DNA from: Dehalococcoidia bacterium
GTDB taxonomy: Bacteria; Chloroflexota; Dehalococcoidia; Lucifugimonadales; UBA1123
DNA: 64,000 nucleotides
Assembly: GCA_963422295.1 (NCBI GenBank)
Contig: OY729417.1
Span: forward strand, 2,049,210 to 2,113,209
Direction: 5' to 3'
Below are positions 48,060-58,476 of the stretch, one piece after another. Position numbers and translations under genes: made by a program. Within the stretch, counting starts at the first letter, position 1. Every line of letters begins with the position of its first letter. The notes below the pieces were generated by a model that saw only the letters and a list, made by a program, of their open reading frames with translations, had not been told where the DNA came from and did no database searches.

Positions 48060-49235
48060 ATGACTACTGAACAGCAGTACGAACAGATGCCCGCCGAAGA
48101 GGATATGGGACAGCTGCTCGATGAGATGATGAGTGAAATCAAGACAGTTCGCAGGGGAGATATCGTCGAAGGTGTCATCATGCGGGCGGAGAACGGGGAC
48201 GGACTATATGTCAACATAGGACAGAAGTCCGAGGCGCATGTCCCTGTGAACGAGATGCGCACTGTCGATGCGCCGGAGGATATTTCAGAGCTGGTCGGCA
48301 GCTCGGTGATAGCTATGGTGGTTCGTCCTGAGAGCGGCGACAACTCAGCTATACTCTCGGTGGATCGCGCTATTGGAGAACAGGGTTGGCGATACCTAGA
48401 AAAGGCCATGAATGAAGGCGTGGTGATCGAGGGCAAGGTTGCCGGCTTCAATCGGGGAGGTTCGATCGTAGAAGTCGAAGGCGTGCAGGGTTTCGTTCCC
48501 ATGTCGCAGCTCGTATCGATCCCTAGAGAGCGCTTCCGTTTGTATCAGGAAGAGAGCGAAGGTATCTCCGAAGAGGAACGCTATGCCCTCGAGGCTGCCC
48601 TAGACGCCGAGCTTGGCAAAGAGATACAGATGAAGGTGCTCGAGGTCAACCGCGGCCGCAATCGCGCTATCTTTTCTGAAAGACAGGCTGTGCAGGAATC
48701 TCGAGATGCATTGAAGGCGAAGCTCATCGAGGAGCTTTCGGAAGGGGAGGTGCGCAGCGGTGTCGTTACCGGCATTAGCAGCTTCGGCGCATTCGTCGAT
48801 CTCGGCGGGGCCGATGGCCTCATCCATATCTCCGAACTGTCGTGGAGTATGGTCAACAGCCCTGAAGATGTAGTCAAAGTCGGTCAACAGCTGGATGTGT
48901 TCGTTCTGCGGGTGGATGCAGATAATAAGAAGATAGCGCTTAGCCTGCGCAGGCTTCAGCCAGAGCCGTGGGAGACGATACACGAACGCCTCAATGCAGG
49001 CGATGTCGTTAAAGCGACTGTTACCAAGCTGACTAATTTCGGCGCGTTTGCGCGTGTCGAGGACTCGATCGAGGGTCTTATCCATATATCAGAGCTCTCT
49101 TCCAGAATGATCAACCACCCGCGTGAGGTGGTTAGAGAGGGCGATGAGGTGGAGGTCAAGATACTGCGTATCGAGCCTGAGCGCAGGAGATTGGGCCTTA
49201 GCCTGAAGCAGGCGACTGAGGAACGCTACTTCTGA
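48060..49235 (+). CDS. rpsA: 30S ribosomal protein S1 (four S1 domains)
   Basis: Four repeats of the G.V..(V/I)..FGAFV pattern (for example GVVTGISSFGAFVDLGG and ATVTKLTNFGAFARV). Confidence 0.9.
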   Translation: MTTEQQYEQMPAEEDMGQLLDEMMSEIKTVRRGDIVEGVIMRAENGDGLYVNIGQKSEAHVPVNEMRTVDAPEDISELVGSSVIAMVVRPESGDNSAILSVDRAIGEQGWRYLEKAMNEGVVIEGKVAGFNRGGSIVEVEGVQGFVPMSQLVSIPRERFRLYQEESEGISEEERYALEAALDAELGKEIQMKVLEVNRGRNRAIFSERQAVQESRDALKAKLIEELSEGEVRSGVVTGISSFGAFVDLGGADGLIHISELSWSMVNSPEDVVKVGQQLDVFVLRVDADNKKIALSLRRLQPEPWETIHERLNAGDVVKATVTKLTNFGAFARVEDSIEGLIHISELSSRMINHPREVVREGDEVEVKILRIEPERRRLGLSLKQATEERYF

Positions 49236-49251
49236 TTTCGCAGGGTTTCTT

Positions 49252-49307
49252 GGCACTCTCTGAGCGCGGATTCCTCTCTGTGCCAACAGCAGCGCTCAGA
49301 GAGTGCC
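49252..49307 (+). terminator. long hairpin downstream of rpsA
   Basis: GGCACTCTCTGAGCGC (49252-49267) pairs perfectly with GCGCTCAGAGAGTGCC (49292-49307) across a 24-nt loop. CCCTTTC follows. Confidence 0.6.
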
Positions 49308-49373
49308 CCCTTTCAAGAATGCCCGATTCACAGGGTTCAGCCGAAGTTACTTCCCGACTAGGAGATGGTTTCA

Positions 49374-51845
49374 ATGGCTAGCAGGTTCGATAAATTCTCG
49401 GAGAAGGCTCGCAGAGTTCTTTCTCTTGCCCAAGAAGAGGCTCAACGGTTCAACCATAATTACATCGGAACGGAGCATATACTTCTCGGTCTTGTGCGGG
49501 AGACTTCCGGTACGGCTGCTGATGTTCTCGTGAATCTCGATGTAGAGCTTGCTAAAGTCCGTTCCGCCGTCGAGTTCATTATAGGTAGAGGAGAGAGGGC
49601 GACTACCGGGGAGATAGGCCTGACGCCCAGGGCCAAGAAGGTCATCGAGCTGGCCGTGGATGAAGCTCGGCGACTTGGGCATAACTATATTGGTACCGAA
49701 CACCTTCTCATCGGCCTGATGCGGGAGGGAGAAGGCGTCCCCGCCGGTGTATTGGAAAGCCTCGGCGTAACGCTCGATAAGATACGCGCCGAAACCAGCC
49801 GTATCCTCAGCCAAGAGTCTCAGCAGTCTCAGGGAGGACGGGCCAGAAACAAGTCCAAGACTCCGACATTGGACAAGCTGGGCATAGACCTGACGAAGGC
49901 TGCCCATGCATCGAAGCTGGATCCCACCGTCGGGCGCGAGAAAGAGATTCAGCGCGTTACCCAGATACTCAGTCGGCGCACTAAGAACAATCCCGTTCTG
50001 GTTGGCGAACCCGGCGTCGGCAAGACGGCCATCGTCGAGGGCCTTGCCCAACGCATTGCGGACAACGATGTACCCAGCACTCTGCGCGATAAGCGGTTGG
50101 TCACGCTCGACATGGGCGCGCTCGTAGCAGGCACTAAGTATCGAGGCGAGTTCGAAGAGCGTCTCAAGAAGGTCGTCGAAGAGATAAAAAGCTCTGGCAA
50201 TTGCGTCTTGTTCATCGACGAAGTGCATACGATGATTGGCGCAGGTTCCGCGGAGGGCGCGGTCGATGCAGCCAATATACTCAAGCCCTCACTCGCGCGC
50301 GGGGAATTACAGACCATCGGCGCAACTACTCTCGACGACTATCGGAAATATGTCGAACGCGACCCCGCGCTCGAACGCAGATTCCAGCCGGTCAGAGTCG
50401 AAGAGCCCAGCGCAGAGGAGACTGTCGATATACTCAGAGGCGTCAAGGGAAGATACGAAGAGCATCACGGCCTGCAGATAACAGACGAGGCGCTTCAGCA
50501 GGCGGCTACGCTCGCATCTCGCTATATATCCGATCGATTCCTACCGGATAAAGCTATCGATCTTATCGATGAGGCAGCTTCCCGCGTTAGAATAAACTTT
50601 ACTACCGCGCCGCTGTCCGTCAAAGAAGTGACTATGATGCTGGAGAGTGTCCGCAAGGAAAAGGACGAGGCTATCGCCGCTCGCCAGTACGAATGGGCCG
50701 CCGAACTGCGAGACCGAGAGGCGAGCATCGCTGAGAAACTCCAAGGACTGGAACAGGACTGGAAAGACGAGCAGGCCACTGAATCCCCAGTCGTGACGGA
50801 AGAAGATGTGGCCGAAGTCGTGAGCATGTGGACTTCTATTCCCGTCACTAGACTTGCCTCCACCGAGACGGAGCGCCTGATCAAGATGGAGGAAGTTCTC
50901 CATGAGAAGGTCATTGGCCAGGATGAACCGATAAATATGGTCTCCAAAGCCGTCCGCCGCGCGCGCGCCGGTCTCAAAAACCCCAGACGCCCAACTGGAA
51001 TCTTCATGTTCCTCGGCCCTACCGGCGTCGGTAAGACACTTCTCGTCCGTAAGCTGGCGGAGTTCTTGTTTGGCTCTGAAGACGCGCTAATCCGCATCGA
51101 TATGTCCGAGTTTATGGAACGACATTCTGTCGCCCGCCTCGTGGGCGCCCCCCCGGGATACATCGGATATGATGACGGCGGCCAGCTAACCGAAGCCGTT
51201 AGGCGCAAGTCCTATTGCGTCATACTTCTGGACGAGATAGAGAAGGCGCATCCCGAGGTCTTCAACATACTGCTCCAGATATTCGATGATGGCCATCTGA
51301 CGGATTCCAAAGGGAGACAAGTCGATTTCCGCAATACCATCGTTGCGATGACATCTAACATCGGCTCTGACCTTATCAGGCAGGACCGCTCTATTGGATT
51401 TGCCGCGCGTTCTGACTCCGGTCAGTCCGAGAAGGAAGCCTATGAACGGATGAAGAATAATGTCTTGGATGAGGTGAAACGCTTCTTCAGGCCTGAATTC
51501 CTCAATCGTATCGACGGCACAGTGGTTTTCCATGCTCTCAACCGCGATCATATGAGCCGCATAATCCCGATCGAGCTGAAGGATGTGGCTTCCAATCTGA
51601 TCGAGAAGGGCATTGATCTCGTAGTAACGGATGCGGCGAAAGGCTGGCTCGGTGAAAAGGGTTACGATCCGATGTTCGGAGCGCGCCCCCTCCGCCGCGT
51701 GATCCAAGATCATATAGAAGACAAGCTGTCGGATGCTATCTTGGCCGGTGAGCTTGGCCCAGCCGATACGGCTATAATCGACGCCGATGATGATGGGTTG
51801 ACAGTCAGAGTAGAATCGCCCTTTGCTATGGAAGTGACTACCTAG
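49374..51845 (+). CDS. clpC: ATP-dependent Clp protease ATP-binding subunit ClpC
   Basis: Duplicated Clp_N repeats, Walker A motifs GEPGVGKT and GPTGVGKT, and a UVR-like middle motif. AGGAG lies 9 nt before ATG 49374. Confidence 0.95.
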   Translation: MASRFDKFSEKARRVLSLAQEEAQRFNHNYIGTEHILLGLVRETSGTAADVLVNLDVELAKVRSAVEFIIGRGERATTGEIGLTPRAKKVIELAVDEARRLGHNYIGTEHLLIGLMREGEGVPAGVLESLGVTLDKIRAETSRILSQESQQSQGGRARNKSKTPTLDKLGIDLTKAAHASKLDPTVGREKEIQRVTQILSRRTKNNPVLVGEPGVGKTAIVEGLAQRIADNDVPSTLRDKRLVTLDMGALVAGTKYRGEFEERLKKVVEEIKSSGNCVLFIDEVHTMIGAGSAEGAVDAANILKPSLARGELQTIGATTLDDYRKYVERDPALERRFQPVRVEEPSAEETVDILRGVKGRYEEHHGLQITDEALQQAATLASRYISDRFLPDKAIDLIDEAASRVRINFTTAPLSVKEVTMMLESVRKEKDEAIAARQYEWAAELRDREASIAEKLQGLEQDWKDEQATESPVVTEEDVAEVVSMWTSIPVTRLASTETERLIKMEEVLHEKVIGQDEPINMVSKAVRRARAGLKNPRRPTGIFMFLGPTGVGKTLLVRKLAEFLFGSEDALIRIDMSEFMERHSVARLVGAPPGYIGYDDGGQLTEAVRRKSYCVILLDEIEKAHPEVFNILLQIFDDGHLTDSKGRQVDFRNTIVAMTSNIGSDLIRQDRSIGFAARSDSGQSEKEAYERMKNNVLDEVKRFFRPEFLNRIDGTVVFHALNRDHMSRIIPIELKDVASNLIEKGIDLVVTDAAKGWLGEKGYDPMFGARPLRRVIQDHIEDKLSDAILAGELGPADTAIIDADDDGLTVRVESPFAMEVTT

Positions 51846-51890
51846 ACGCGACTGGGCTGAACGCCGAGCATAGAGAGCATAGAGCAGATC

Positions 51891-51924
51891 GAAGGTCTGG
51901 GGCGTTTTCGAGCCTCAGACCTTC
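51891..51924 (+). terminator. rho-independent terminator after clpC
   Basis: A 13-bp stem (GAAGGTCTGGGGC / GCCTCAGACCTTC, with one G-U pair) and an 8-nt loop, followed by TCTATATTT. Confidence 0.7.
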
Positions 51925-51944
51925 TCTATATTTAGGAATATGAT

Positions 51945-53378
51945 TTGGCGAGAAAACCCAGAACGGTATATGTCTGCGACTCATGCGGCGCGGAATCGCG
52001 ACGCTGGGAGGGACGCTGTTCCAGCTGCGGTGAATGGAACACACTTGCTGAGTTTCGTCCTGCCTCCGGGCGCGGAAGCGCCGGGACATGGTCGGGTGGC
52101 GACAGCGCGAAATCGGTCAGACTTGCCGATGTAGATACGCTGGAGCGTCCGCGTTTCGCATTCGAATCGGTGGAGTTCAACAGGGTCTTGGGCGGCGGGA
52201 TGGTGCCAGGGTCTGTGAATCTGGTTGCCGGAGATCCAGGAATTGGCAAATCTACTCTGCTGCTGGCCGTCGCCGCAGACGCCGCGCGCTTCGGACGCGT
52301 GCTGTATATCACCGGTGAGGAGTCTGCGGCGCAGATCAAACTTCGCGCCGACAGACTGGGTATAACTGCGAACGAACTCTATCTGCTTCCCGCCACCGGG
52401 TTGGCCGAAATACTCATGCAGCTGGATACACTGAAGCCGCTTCTGGTCGTCGTGGACTCGATTCAGACGGTTTACGATGCCGAAGTGTCTTCCGAAGCGG
52501 GCAGTATCACGCAGATAAGAGAGTGCGCTAGGCGGCTGACGCAGTGGGCGAAAACTTCTCAGACGGCGGTCGTGCTGACAGGACATGTTACCAAAGGCGG
52601 CGACATAGCCGGGCCTCGTGTGCTGGAACATGTCGTGGATGTGGTTCTGTATCTCGAAGGTGATTCTCTCGGACAATTTCGGCTGCTCCGCTCAGTCAAG
52701 AATCGGTTCGGATCGACGAATGAGGTAGGCGTATTCGAGATGACAGACATGGGGATGAAAGATGTGGCAGACCCCTCGGCGCATTTTCTTTCGATGCATT
52801 CCGCCGGTTCTATCGGGTCGATAATCGTGCCTACGCTGGAGGGGACGCGCCCGATGCTTGTGGAGGTGCAAGCGTTGACGAACCCATCGCTGCTGCCCTC
52901 GCCTAGGCGTGTTGCCGCTGGTGTGGATTATGGCAGGCTGCTGTTGGTATGCGCCATACTTACGCGCCGGGCGGGTCTGTCTCTGTCGGGGCAGGATGTC
53001 ATTGTCAATGTTACCGGTGGGGCGCGGGTGCCGGAGCCTGCCGCTGATTTACCCATAGCGCTCGCAATCGTATCGTCGATGCGTGATAGTCCGCTGAGGG
53101 CGGGCGCGGCGGCGGTCGGCGAACTTGGTCTGGGCGGCGAGGTTAGACCCGTATCTCAGATAGGAAGACGCATTCAGGAAGTCGGCAGACTGGGGCTTGG
53201 CTCCTGCATCGTACCCGACGGAGCGGATATCGCGCCGCGCCGATCTCCAATGTCGGATGTGCAGCCGATGCCTGTATCTTCTTTGCGACAGGCCATATCG
53301 ACTGGGTTGGCGCGCGCGAAGTCGTCTGCGCCGCGAAACGCGGTGCGCGACGAGGAGCTTGCGGAGGTGTTCGACTGA
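51945..53378 (+). CDS. radA: DNA repair protein RadA
   Basis: Zinc finger YVCDSCG...CSSCGEWNT, Walker A GDPGIGKSTLLL and the KNRFG motif. TTG start. Confidence 0.9.
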   Translation: MARKPRTVYVCDSCGAESRRWEGRCSSCGEWNTLAEFRPASGRGSAGTWSGGDSAKSVRLADVDTLERPRFAFESVEFNRVLGGGMVPGSVNLVAGDPGIGKSTLLLAVAADAARFGRVLYITGEESAAQIKLRADRLGITANELYLLPATGLAEILMQLDTLKPLLVVVDSIQTVYDAEVSSEAGSITQIRECARRLTQWAKTSQTAVVLTGHVTKGGDIAGPRVLEHVVDVVLYLEGDSLGQFRLLRSVKNRFGSTNEVGVFEMTDMGMKDVADPSAHFLSMHSAGSIGSIIVPTLEGTRPMLVEVQALTNPSLLPSPRRVAAGVDYGRLLLVCAILTRRAGLSLSGQDVIVNVTGGARVPEPAADLPIALAIVSSMRDSPLRAGAAAVGELGLGGEVRPVSQIGRRIQEVGRLGLGSCIVPDGADIAPRRSPMSDVQPMPVSSLRQAISTGLARAKSSAPRNAVRDEELAEVFD

Positions 53379-54607
53379 AGGCGGCATATTTTCAGTGCAT
53401 AGGCGGGGCCAGTGGTGATATGGCGCTCGGCGCATTGCTCGATGTGGGCGTGAGTCTGAGCGTTATCGAAGACGCGCTCGAATCTATGAGCGTTCGCGGC
53501 AGAGTATCGCTGGAGCCGTCTCAGGCGCAGCGCGCGGGAGTGACCGGAACTTTCATAGATGTCCGTCTGGACGCGAAAGAGCAGGGGAATCACTCGTTCC
53601 AGGACTTCATCCAAACTGTTCAGGGTTCGGGGCTGTCCGAGCGGGTGAAGTTACAGTCAGTATCCATATTTAGGAGACTGGCAGATGCGGAGGCGCGGGT
53701 GCATCGTACCACTGCTCAGGAATTGCATCTGCATGAGCTCGGCACGCTGGATACTCTGATAGATGTGGTCGGAAGCGTCGCCGGACTCGAATCGCTGGGG
53801 GTGGAGCGCGTGTTTTCATCGCCGTTTCCGATGGGGTCTGGAGTGTTCAGAAGCGCGCATGGAATGTTGCCCGTCCCGTCGCCAGCCACATCCGCGCTGT
53901 TCGCTATGGCTGATGCTCCGGTCAGGTCTGCGCCGGGAAACCCCGCATGGACGGGTGAGATGGTAACGCCGACGGGGGCTGCGATACTCACGACACTCGC
54001 GGAGTTCAGGCAGCCCGTGATGCGGATGAGCGCATCGGGTTACGGGCTGGGCGCGCGCGATCCGCAGGAATATCCGAACGCGCTCGGTCTGTGGATCGGG
54101 GAGGTTGCCGACCGCCCGGTGCGGGTGGACGGCCTGTCACTTATCGAGACCAATATCGACGACTGCTCAGGCGAGGTTCTAGGCTATGTGCAGGAGCGGC
54201 TGTTCGCGATAGGCGCGCGCGATGTGTGGTTCGCGCCGATTCAGATGAAGAAGAATCGTCCGGCGACTCTGCTTTGCGCGCTGGTGGCGGAGTCGGATGA
54301 AGAGCGCGCCGTCGAGCTGATCATGCGAGAGACGACTACTCTCGGTGTCAGGGTTCGTCCAGTAACCCGCTATGAAGCCGAACGCGACATCGTATCCGTC
54401 GATACATCGCTGGGAAGCGTGTCGGTCAAGGTCAAGAAGTTAGATGGAACGCCCGTATCCGCCGCGCCTGAGTACGAAGACTGCCGCCGCATCGCTGATG
54501 CAACGGGCCGTCCGTTGCTCGATGTGTTCCATACAGTCCGACAGGAGGCGGAAGCTCGGCTGGGTATCCGCAGTCAGGCGTTGACCGTTCCTAGCGGCGT
54601 ACACTAA
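53375..54607 (+). CDS. larC: LarC-family (DUF111) nickel insertion protein, probable CTG start
   Basis: The conserved N-terminal motif AYFQCIGGASGDMALGALLDVGV begins 13 codons upstream of the first ATG (53420). The only in-frame start-like codon is CTG at 53375, overlapping the radA stop (CTGA). Confidence 0.75.
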   Translation: MKAAYFQCIGGASGDMALGALLDVGVSLSVIEDALESMSVRGRVSLEPSQAQRAGVTGTFIDVRLDAKEQGNHSFQDFIQTVQGSGLSERVKLQSVSIFRRLADAEARVHRTTAQELHLHELGTLDTLIDVVGSVAGLESLGVERVFSSPFPMGSGVFRSAHGMLPVPSPATSALFAMADAPVRSAPGNPAWTGEMVTPTGAAILTTLAEFRQPVMRMSASGYGLGARDPQEYPNALGLWIGEVADRPVRVDGLSLIETNIDDCSGEVLGYVQERLFAIGARDVWFAPIQMKKNRPATLLCALVAESDEERAVELIMRETTTLGVRVRPVTRYEAERDIVSVDTSLGSVSVKVKKLDGTPVSAAPEYEDCRRIADATGRPLLDVFHTVRQEAEARLGIRSQALTVPSGVH

Positions 54608-54725
54608 CATTATTTGACTGGCATCATCCTGCGGGGAGCGGTCTCTCAATCGTGATGTGCTGCAGGATGCAGCTAGATTCTCAGTGGCTTTCCGGCTGTG
54701 GGGAGCTTCATATCACCTGACGCTG

Positions 54726-54802
54726 GCCCCAGTGGCGCAATTGGCAGCGCACCCGACTTGTAATCGGGAGGTTGGTGGGTTCGAATCCCCCCTGGGGCTC
54801 CA
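54726..54802 (+). tRNA. tRNA-Thr (anticodon TGT), CCA encoded
   Basis: Manual cloverleaf: a 7-bp acceptor stem (GCCCCAG/CTGGGGC), a D arm GCGC-AATTGGCA-GCGC, an anticodon stem CCCGA/TCGGG with loop CTTGTAA, and a T loop TTCGAAT. The T stem has one mismatch. Confidence 0.85.
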
Positions 54803-54899
54803 CAGGCTGGCGGAGATGCGATGTATCCGTCCGAAAGCCAGCTCACTTGCTGACCCGAATGTCGTGTGATGCTCGAATGCGGGCAGTTCTATCGGTGTG

Positions 54900-55691
54900 T
54901 CAGGATACTGGCGGTGTCGCGGCGGTGTCGTCATCTGTGTAGATGTGCGGTTGGTCCGGAGTGGTTACTGCCAAGCGAAACGAGATGCCTTCGCCGACGC
55001 TGCTGATGTGGTGGCGCATCCCCTCCGGTACGAAAACTATGTCGCCCTCGTTGGCTTCGATAAGCGGTCTCCCTTCGCCAACCTCCCATGTCAATTTGCC
55101 GCGCAGGATCGTCCACCATTCGTTGAAGTCGGGGTGCCAGTGGGCGTTGTTCGTCATGCCCTCTGCGTGGCAGATCAGGTTCGCGCTGTTGCGATCGTCG
55201 AGCAGAATAGATGTCGCCCATGGAGGTTCGCCGAACTTTTCGAGCATTCTATCGAGCGTCGTATGCAGCATGTTCGGCGGGCCGTCCTGAGCTGGGAACG
55301 GCCTGATGATGTTGGAGCGCGCGCCTTTGACATCGTGGTTCGATGTTGGGCTAGTAATGCCTAGTCGCAGGGAATGCTCTGTTCCGACCGTTCTTATGGC
55401 GTGACGGTGGCGCTTTGGGGCCATGATTACATCGCCTTTGGAGGCGTGTATCGGAGGATAGTCTCCGACCTCCCATACCAGCTCACCGGCGAGAACGATC
55501 CACCACTCCACGAAGTCGGGGTGTACATGCGCGTCGCTGACCTGACCGGGCGCATTACATATCAGCACAGCGTCGTTGCGCCCGTCGGATAGCAGACGCT
55601 CCGCCCAAGGAGGTTCGCCGTGTCTCGCCACCACATCGCGGATTTTGATGTGCATAGGTTCTGCGCTTACGGTTCGTTCGTGAGTTGTCAT
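54900..55691 (-). CDS. bicupin protein (two cupin domains)
   Basis: Two similar halves with DAHVHPDFVEWW and NAHWHPDFNEWW metal-site-like motifs. The start overlaps the stop of the upstream PaREP1-like gene (ATGA). Confidence 0.7.
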   Translation of the reverse strand: MTTHERTVSAEPMHIKIRDVVARHGEPPWAERLLSDGRNDAVLICNAPGQVSDAHVHPDFVEWWIVLAGELVWEVGDYPPIHASKGDVIMAPKRHRHAIRTVGTEHSLRLGITSPTSNHDVKGARSNIIRPFPAQDGPPNMLHTTLDRMLEKFGEPPWATSILLDDRNSANLICHAEGMTNNAHWHPDFNEWWTILRGKLTWEVGEGRPLIEANEGDIVFVPEGMRHHISSVGEGISFRLAVTTPDQPHIYTDDDTAATPPVS

Positions 55692-56068
55692 GCGCCGTTC
55701 CTCGACTCTGCGCGTTTCAGCATTTCCAGCAGTCGTTTCACCTGTGCGATCTCGTATTCCAGCTGGCGGATCGGCGTTGCGTCCACATAGTAATTTCGAT
55801 GTAGGCCATTAGCGTATGCGAACAGGTGTCTCACCTCGTTACTGCCTGCCTCTTCTGCCAGCCGTTCTACGATGTCGAATAGCTGGGCGTGCGAAATATA
55901 CTCCCAGCCGCGCTGTTCTGCGATTGCTTTCATCCGATGGGCGACGGCTCCCCACGCCTTCTCGGATGCTTGCAGTCTATCGCCCTGGGCTAATTCCTGC
56001 TCTGCTTGGGTGATGAGCCGCTCGCTGTGTGTATCGTGAGTTTCTATTGGGATGGGATGCGTAGCCAT
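55688..56068 (-). CDS. PaREP1/HEPN-like helical protein, copy A
   Basis: Pattern AEQEL..GD...ASEKAWGAV...KA.A...G....SH and ...ANGLHRNYY resembles the PaREP1 family. Length is 126 aa. Confidence 0.55.
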   Translation of the reverse strand: MATHPIPIETHDTHSERLITQAEQELAQGDRLQASEKAWGAVAHRMKAIAEQRGWEYISHAQLFDIVERLAEEAGSNEVRHLFAYANGLHRNYYVDATPIRQLEYEIAQVKRLLEMLKRAESRNGA

Positions 56069-56226
56069 TTGGATGACTCCGATATGTCGTACATGATGTT
56101 ATCAGATTCTAGTATTTTCGTTCTGGTATCTTAGTTACCACGCAATGGCGTAGCAGGCGTGGCGGGGGTCTCCACCGGCATTGTATATCGGCATAGGTTC
56201 TGCGCTTACGGTTCGTTCGTGAGTTG

Positions 56227-56607
56227 TCATACGCCGTTCCTCGACTCTGCGCGTTTCAGCATTTCCAGCAGTCGTTTCACCTGTGCGATCTCGTATTCCA
56301 GCTGGCGGATCGGCGTTGCGTCCACATAGTAATTTCGATGAAGACCATTAGCGTATGCGAACAGGTGTCTCACCTCGTTACTGCCTGTCTCTTCTGCCAG
56401 CCGTTCTACGATGTCGAATACCTGGGCGTGCGAAATATACTCCCAGCCGCGCTGTTCTGCGATTGCTTTCATCCGATGGGCGACGGCTCCCCACGCCTTC
56501 TCGGATGCTTGCAGTCTATCGCCCTGTGCTAATTCCTGCTCTGCTTGGGTGATGAGCCGCTCGCTGTGTGTATAGTGAGTCTCTATTGGGATGGGATGCG
56601 TAGCCAT
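56227..56607 (-). CDS. PaREP1/HEPN-like helical protein, copy B
   Basis: Differs from copy A at only 4 of 126 residues. Confidence 0.55.
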   Translation of the reverse strand: MATHPIPIETHYTHSERLITQAEQELAQGDRLQASEKAWGAVAHRMKAIAEQRGWEYISHAQVFDIVERLAEETGSNEVRHLFAYANGLHRNYYVDATPIRQLEYEIAQVKRLLEMLKRAESRNGV

Positions 56608-56673
56608 TTGGATGGCTCCGATAAGTCGTACATGATGTTATCAGATTCTAGTATTTTCGTTCTGGTATCTTAG

Positions 56674-58476
56674 TTACCACGCAATGGCATAGCAGGCGCG
56701 GCGCGGGTCTCCGGAGGATGCGAGTACGCCTGTTTCGGGGTCGCGCGTGGATACTGTCGCGCCCATGCCCGCGCTGGCGACGGTTACGATGTTATGCCCC
56801 ATGCTGCGCAGCTCGTCGATGACGCTTTCGGAGATTCCCGGTTCGACGGCGAGCTGTCCTGGATAGTATGTGTGCGGATAGAAGCTGTTGGTAACTCCCT
56901 GACTGGCGAATCTTGGGGCTTCGACCGCCTCTTGCGGATTCATCCCCCACAGCAGCATATTTAGGATGAGCTCCATGTTCGCCTGCGCCTGATGGTCGCC
57001 GCCCGGACATCCGATTGTCATTACTGGAACACGGTCTTTGGAGACCATGTAGTTGACTAGCGTGGTGCGCGGACGCTTGCGCGGCTCCAGTCGGTTAGGG
57101 TGACCGTCTTGAAATCCGAACATTTCGATTCGGGTGCTGAGCGCGCAGCCGAGTTGGGGGAAGAAGGCCGATTTCCCGAACGATCCGCCGGAGGGTGTGG
57201 AGCAGGCCATGTTCCCGTCGCGGTCGATAGCGGATATGTGCGTGGTTCCACTGTCGGAGCCTCCGTCGCCGCCAGCTGCCGCGACTGCTCCCGTAGGCTC
57301 GGCGCGGACTCCGGACATGGTGGAGTGTGCCCACGGATTGCCCGGCGCGGGCAGTTCGGACATGGCGCGCTCGGCGTTTATCAGGGCGGCGCGCTCTTTG
57401 GCATAGCTCTTGGAAAGCAGCCCGTCCACAGGAACATCGGCAAAGTCGGGGTCGCCGTAGTATGCCTCACGATCTGCAAATGCGAGATTTACGGCCTGGC
57501 TCACGGTGTGAATATATGCGGTGGAGTTGTGTCCCATTGCGCGTAGGTCGAAGTTTTCGAGTATGTTTAACGACTGCATCAGAACCGCGCCCTGAGTCCA
57601 TGTCTGCTGTCCATGAATCTCGTGGCCGAGATATGTGGTGGAGAGGGGCGTTTCGTATTTGGCCTCGTATGCGGCGAGGGAATCCATATCCAACACGCCC
57701 CCTACGCTCTCGCTGCATTGTGCGATGATCTGTGCGATTTCGCCGGTGTAGAAGCAGTCTCTGGCGGCGCGAACGCCGGCGGCGCGATGTCCTGCTGCCG
57801 CGCGTTCCGCTTCCACCAGTTTTCGCAGAATCAGTCCGAGCGATTTTTGCACCAGCAGCGACCCCGGCTTCGGGACGCGTCCATTGTCGTAGAATATATC
57901 CATTCCGCCGGGTGGATACTGCTCGAACTGACTTCGCGTGCCTGGGGTGTCGATTCGTTCCAGCATGTATTCGTAGTTGGGGATGCCGCGTTCGGCGTAG
58001 TGAATTGCCGGTTCCAGGACTTCTCCTACGCTGCGAGTGCCGTATCTTTCCAGCAGCGATAAGAAGGCTGCGACGACGCCGGGGACGGTGAAGCTGAGGT
58101 GTGCGAGTGGGCCTGGCCCGGTGGGTATCTCGTTTTGTCCGAGCGAGCGGTACCAATCGACGGTCGCTCGGTCTGGCGCGGTACCTTGTCCGCTCAGCGA
58201 CAGCAGATCGCCGCTTTCGGCGTGGTATAGCATGAACACGCCCTCTGCCGCGAGCGAGTATGATGCGATGGGTTCAGTCACGGCAGCTGCGAATCCGGCG
58301 GCGACTACCGCGTCGAAGGCGTTGCCTCCGTTCAGCAGCATCTGCATCCCTGCCATAGATGTGAGATAGTGGCCGCTGGATATGACGCCTCGAGTACCGT
58401 ACACGACAGGTCTTCCAGTCGTCTGCCGGCTCATATTGCCCTGTTCCATCGCCGCGACATTGTTCGGTATGGTCAT
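56674..58476 (-). CDS. ggt: gamma-glutamyltransferase family protein (no signal peptide seen)
   Basis: Nucleophile region SGTTHISAIDRDGN, GCPGG, and a typical N-terminus GVISSGHYLTS. ATG 58476, preceded by AGGAG, is chosen. Confidence 0.85.
   Translation of the reverse strand: MTIPNNVAAMEQGNMSRQTTGRPVVYGTRGVISSGHYLTSMAGMQMLLNGGNAFDAVVAAGFAAAVTEPIASYSLAAEGVFMLYHAESGDLLSLSGQGTAPDRATVDWYRSLGQNEIPTGPGPLAHLSFTVPGVVAAFLSLLERYGTRSVGEVLEPAIHYAERGIPNYEYMLERIDTPGTRSQFEQYPPGGMDIFYDNGRVPKPGSLLVQKSLGLILRKLVEAERAAAGHRAAGVRAARDCFYTGEIAQIIAQCSESVGGVLDMDSLAAYEAKYETPLSTTYLGHEIHGQQTWTQGAVLMQSLNILENFDLRAMGHNSTAYIHTVSQAVNLAFADREAYYGDPDFADVPVDGLLSKSYAKERAALINAERAMSELPAPGNPWAHSTMSGVRAEPTGAVAAAGGDGGSDSGTTHISAIDRDGNMACSTPSGGSFGKSAFFPQLGCALSTRIEMFGFQDGHPNRLEPRKRPRTTLVNYMVSKDRVPVMTIGCPGGDHQAQANMELILNMLLWGMNPQEAVEAPRFASQGVTNSFYPHTYYPGQLAVEPGISESVIDELRSMGHNIVTVASAGMGATVSTRDPETGVLASSGDPRRACYAIAW

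Larger units (their letters stand above)
55652..56712. repeat. tandem segmental duplication (offset 539 bp) of a PaREP1-like gene plus fragments of both flanking genes
   Basis: 55652-56173 is near-identical to 56191-56712. Copy A ends with a remnant of the GGT 3' end (encoding GDPRHACYAIAW-stop). Copy B starts with a remnant of the bicupin 5' end. A 17-nt filler sits at the junction (56174-56190). Confidence 0.9.

Noticed and set aside
54657-54934. ORFs 54657-54869 plus and 54713-54934 minus.
   Set aside because: Both run across the tRNA-Thr gene and have no coding signatures.
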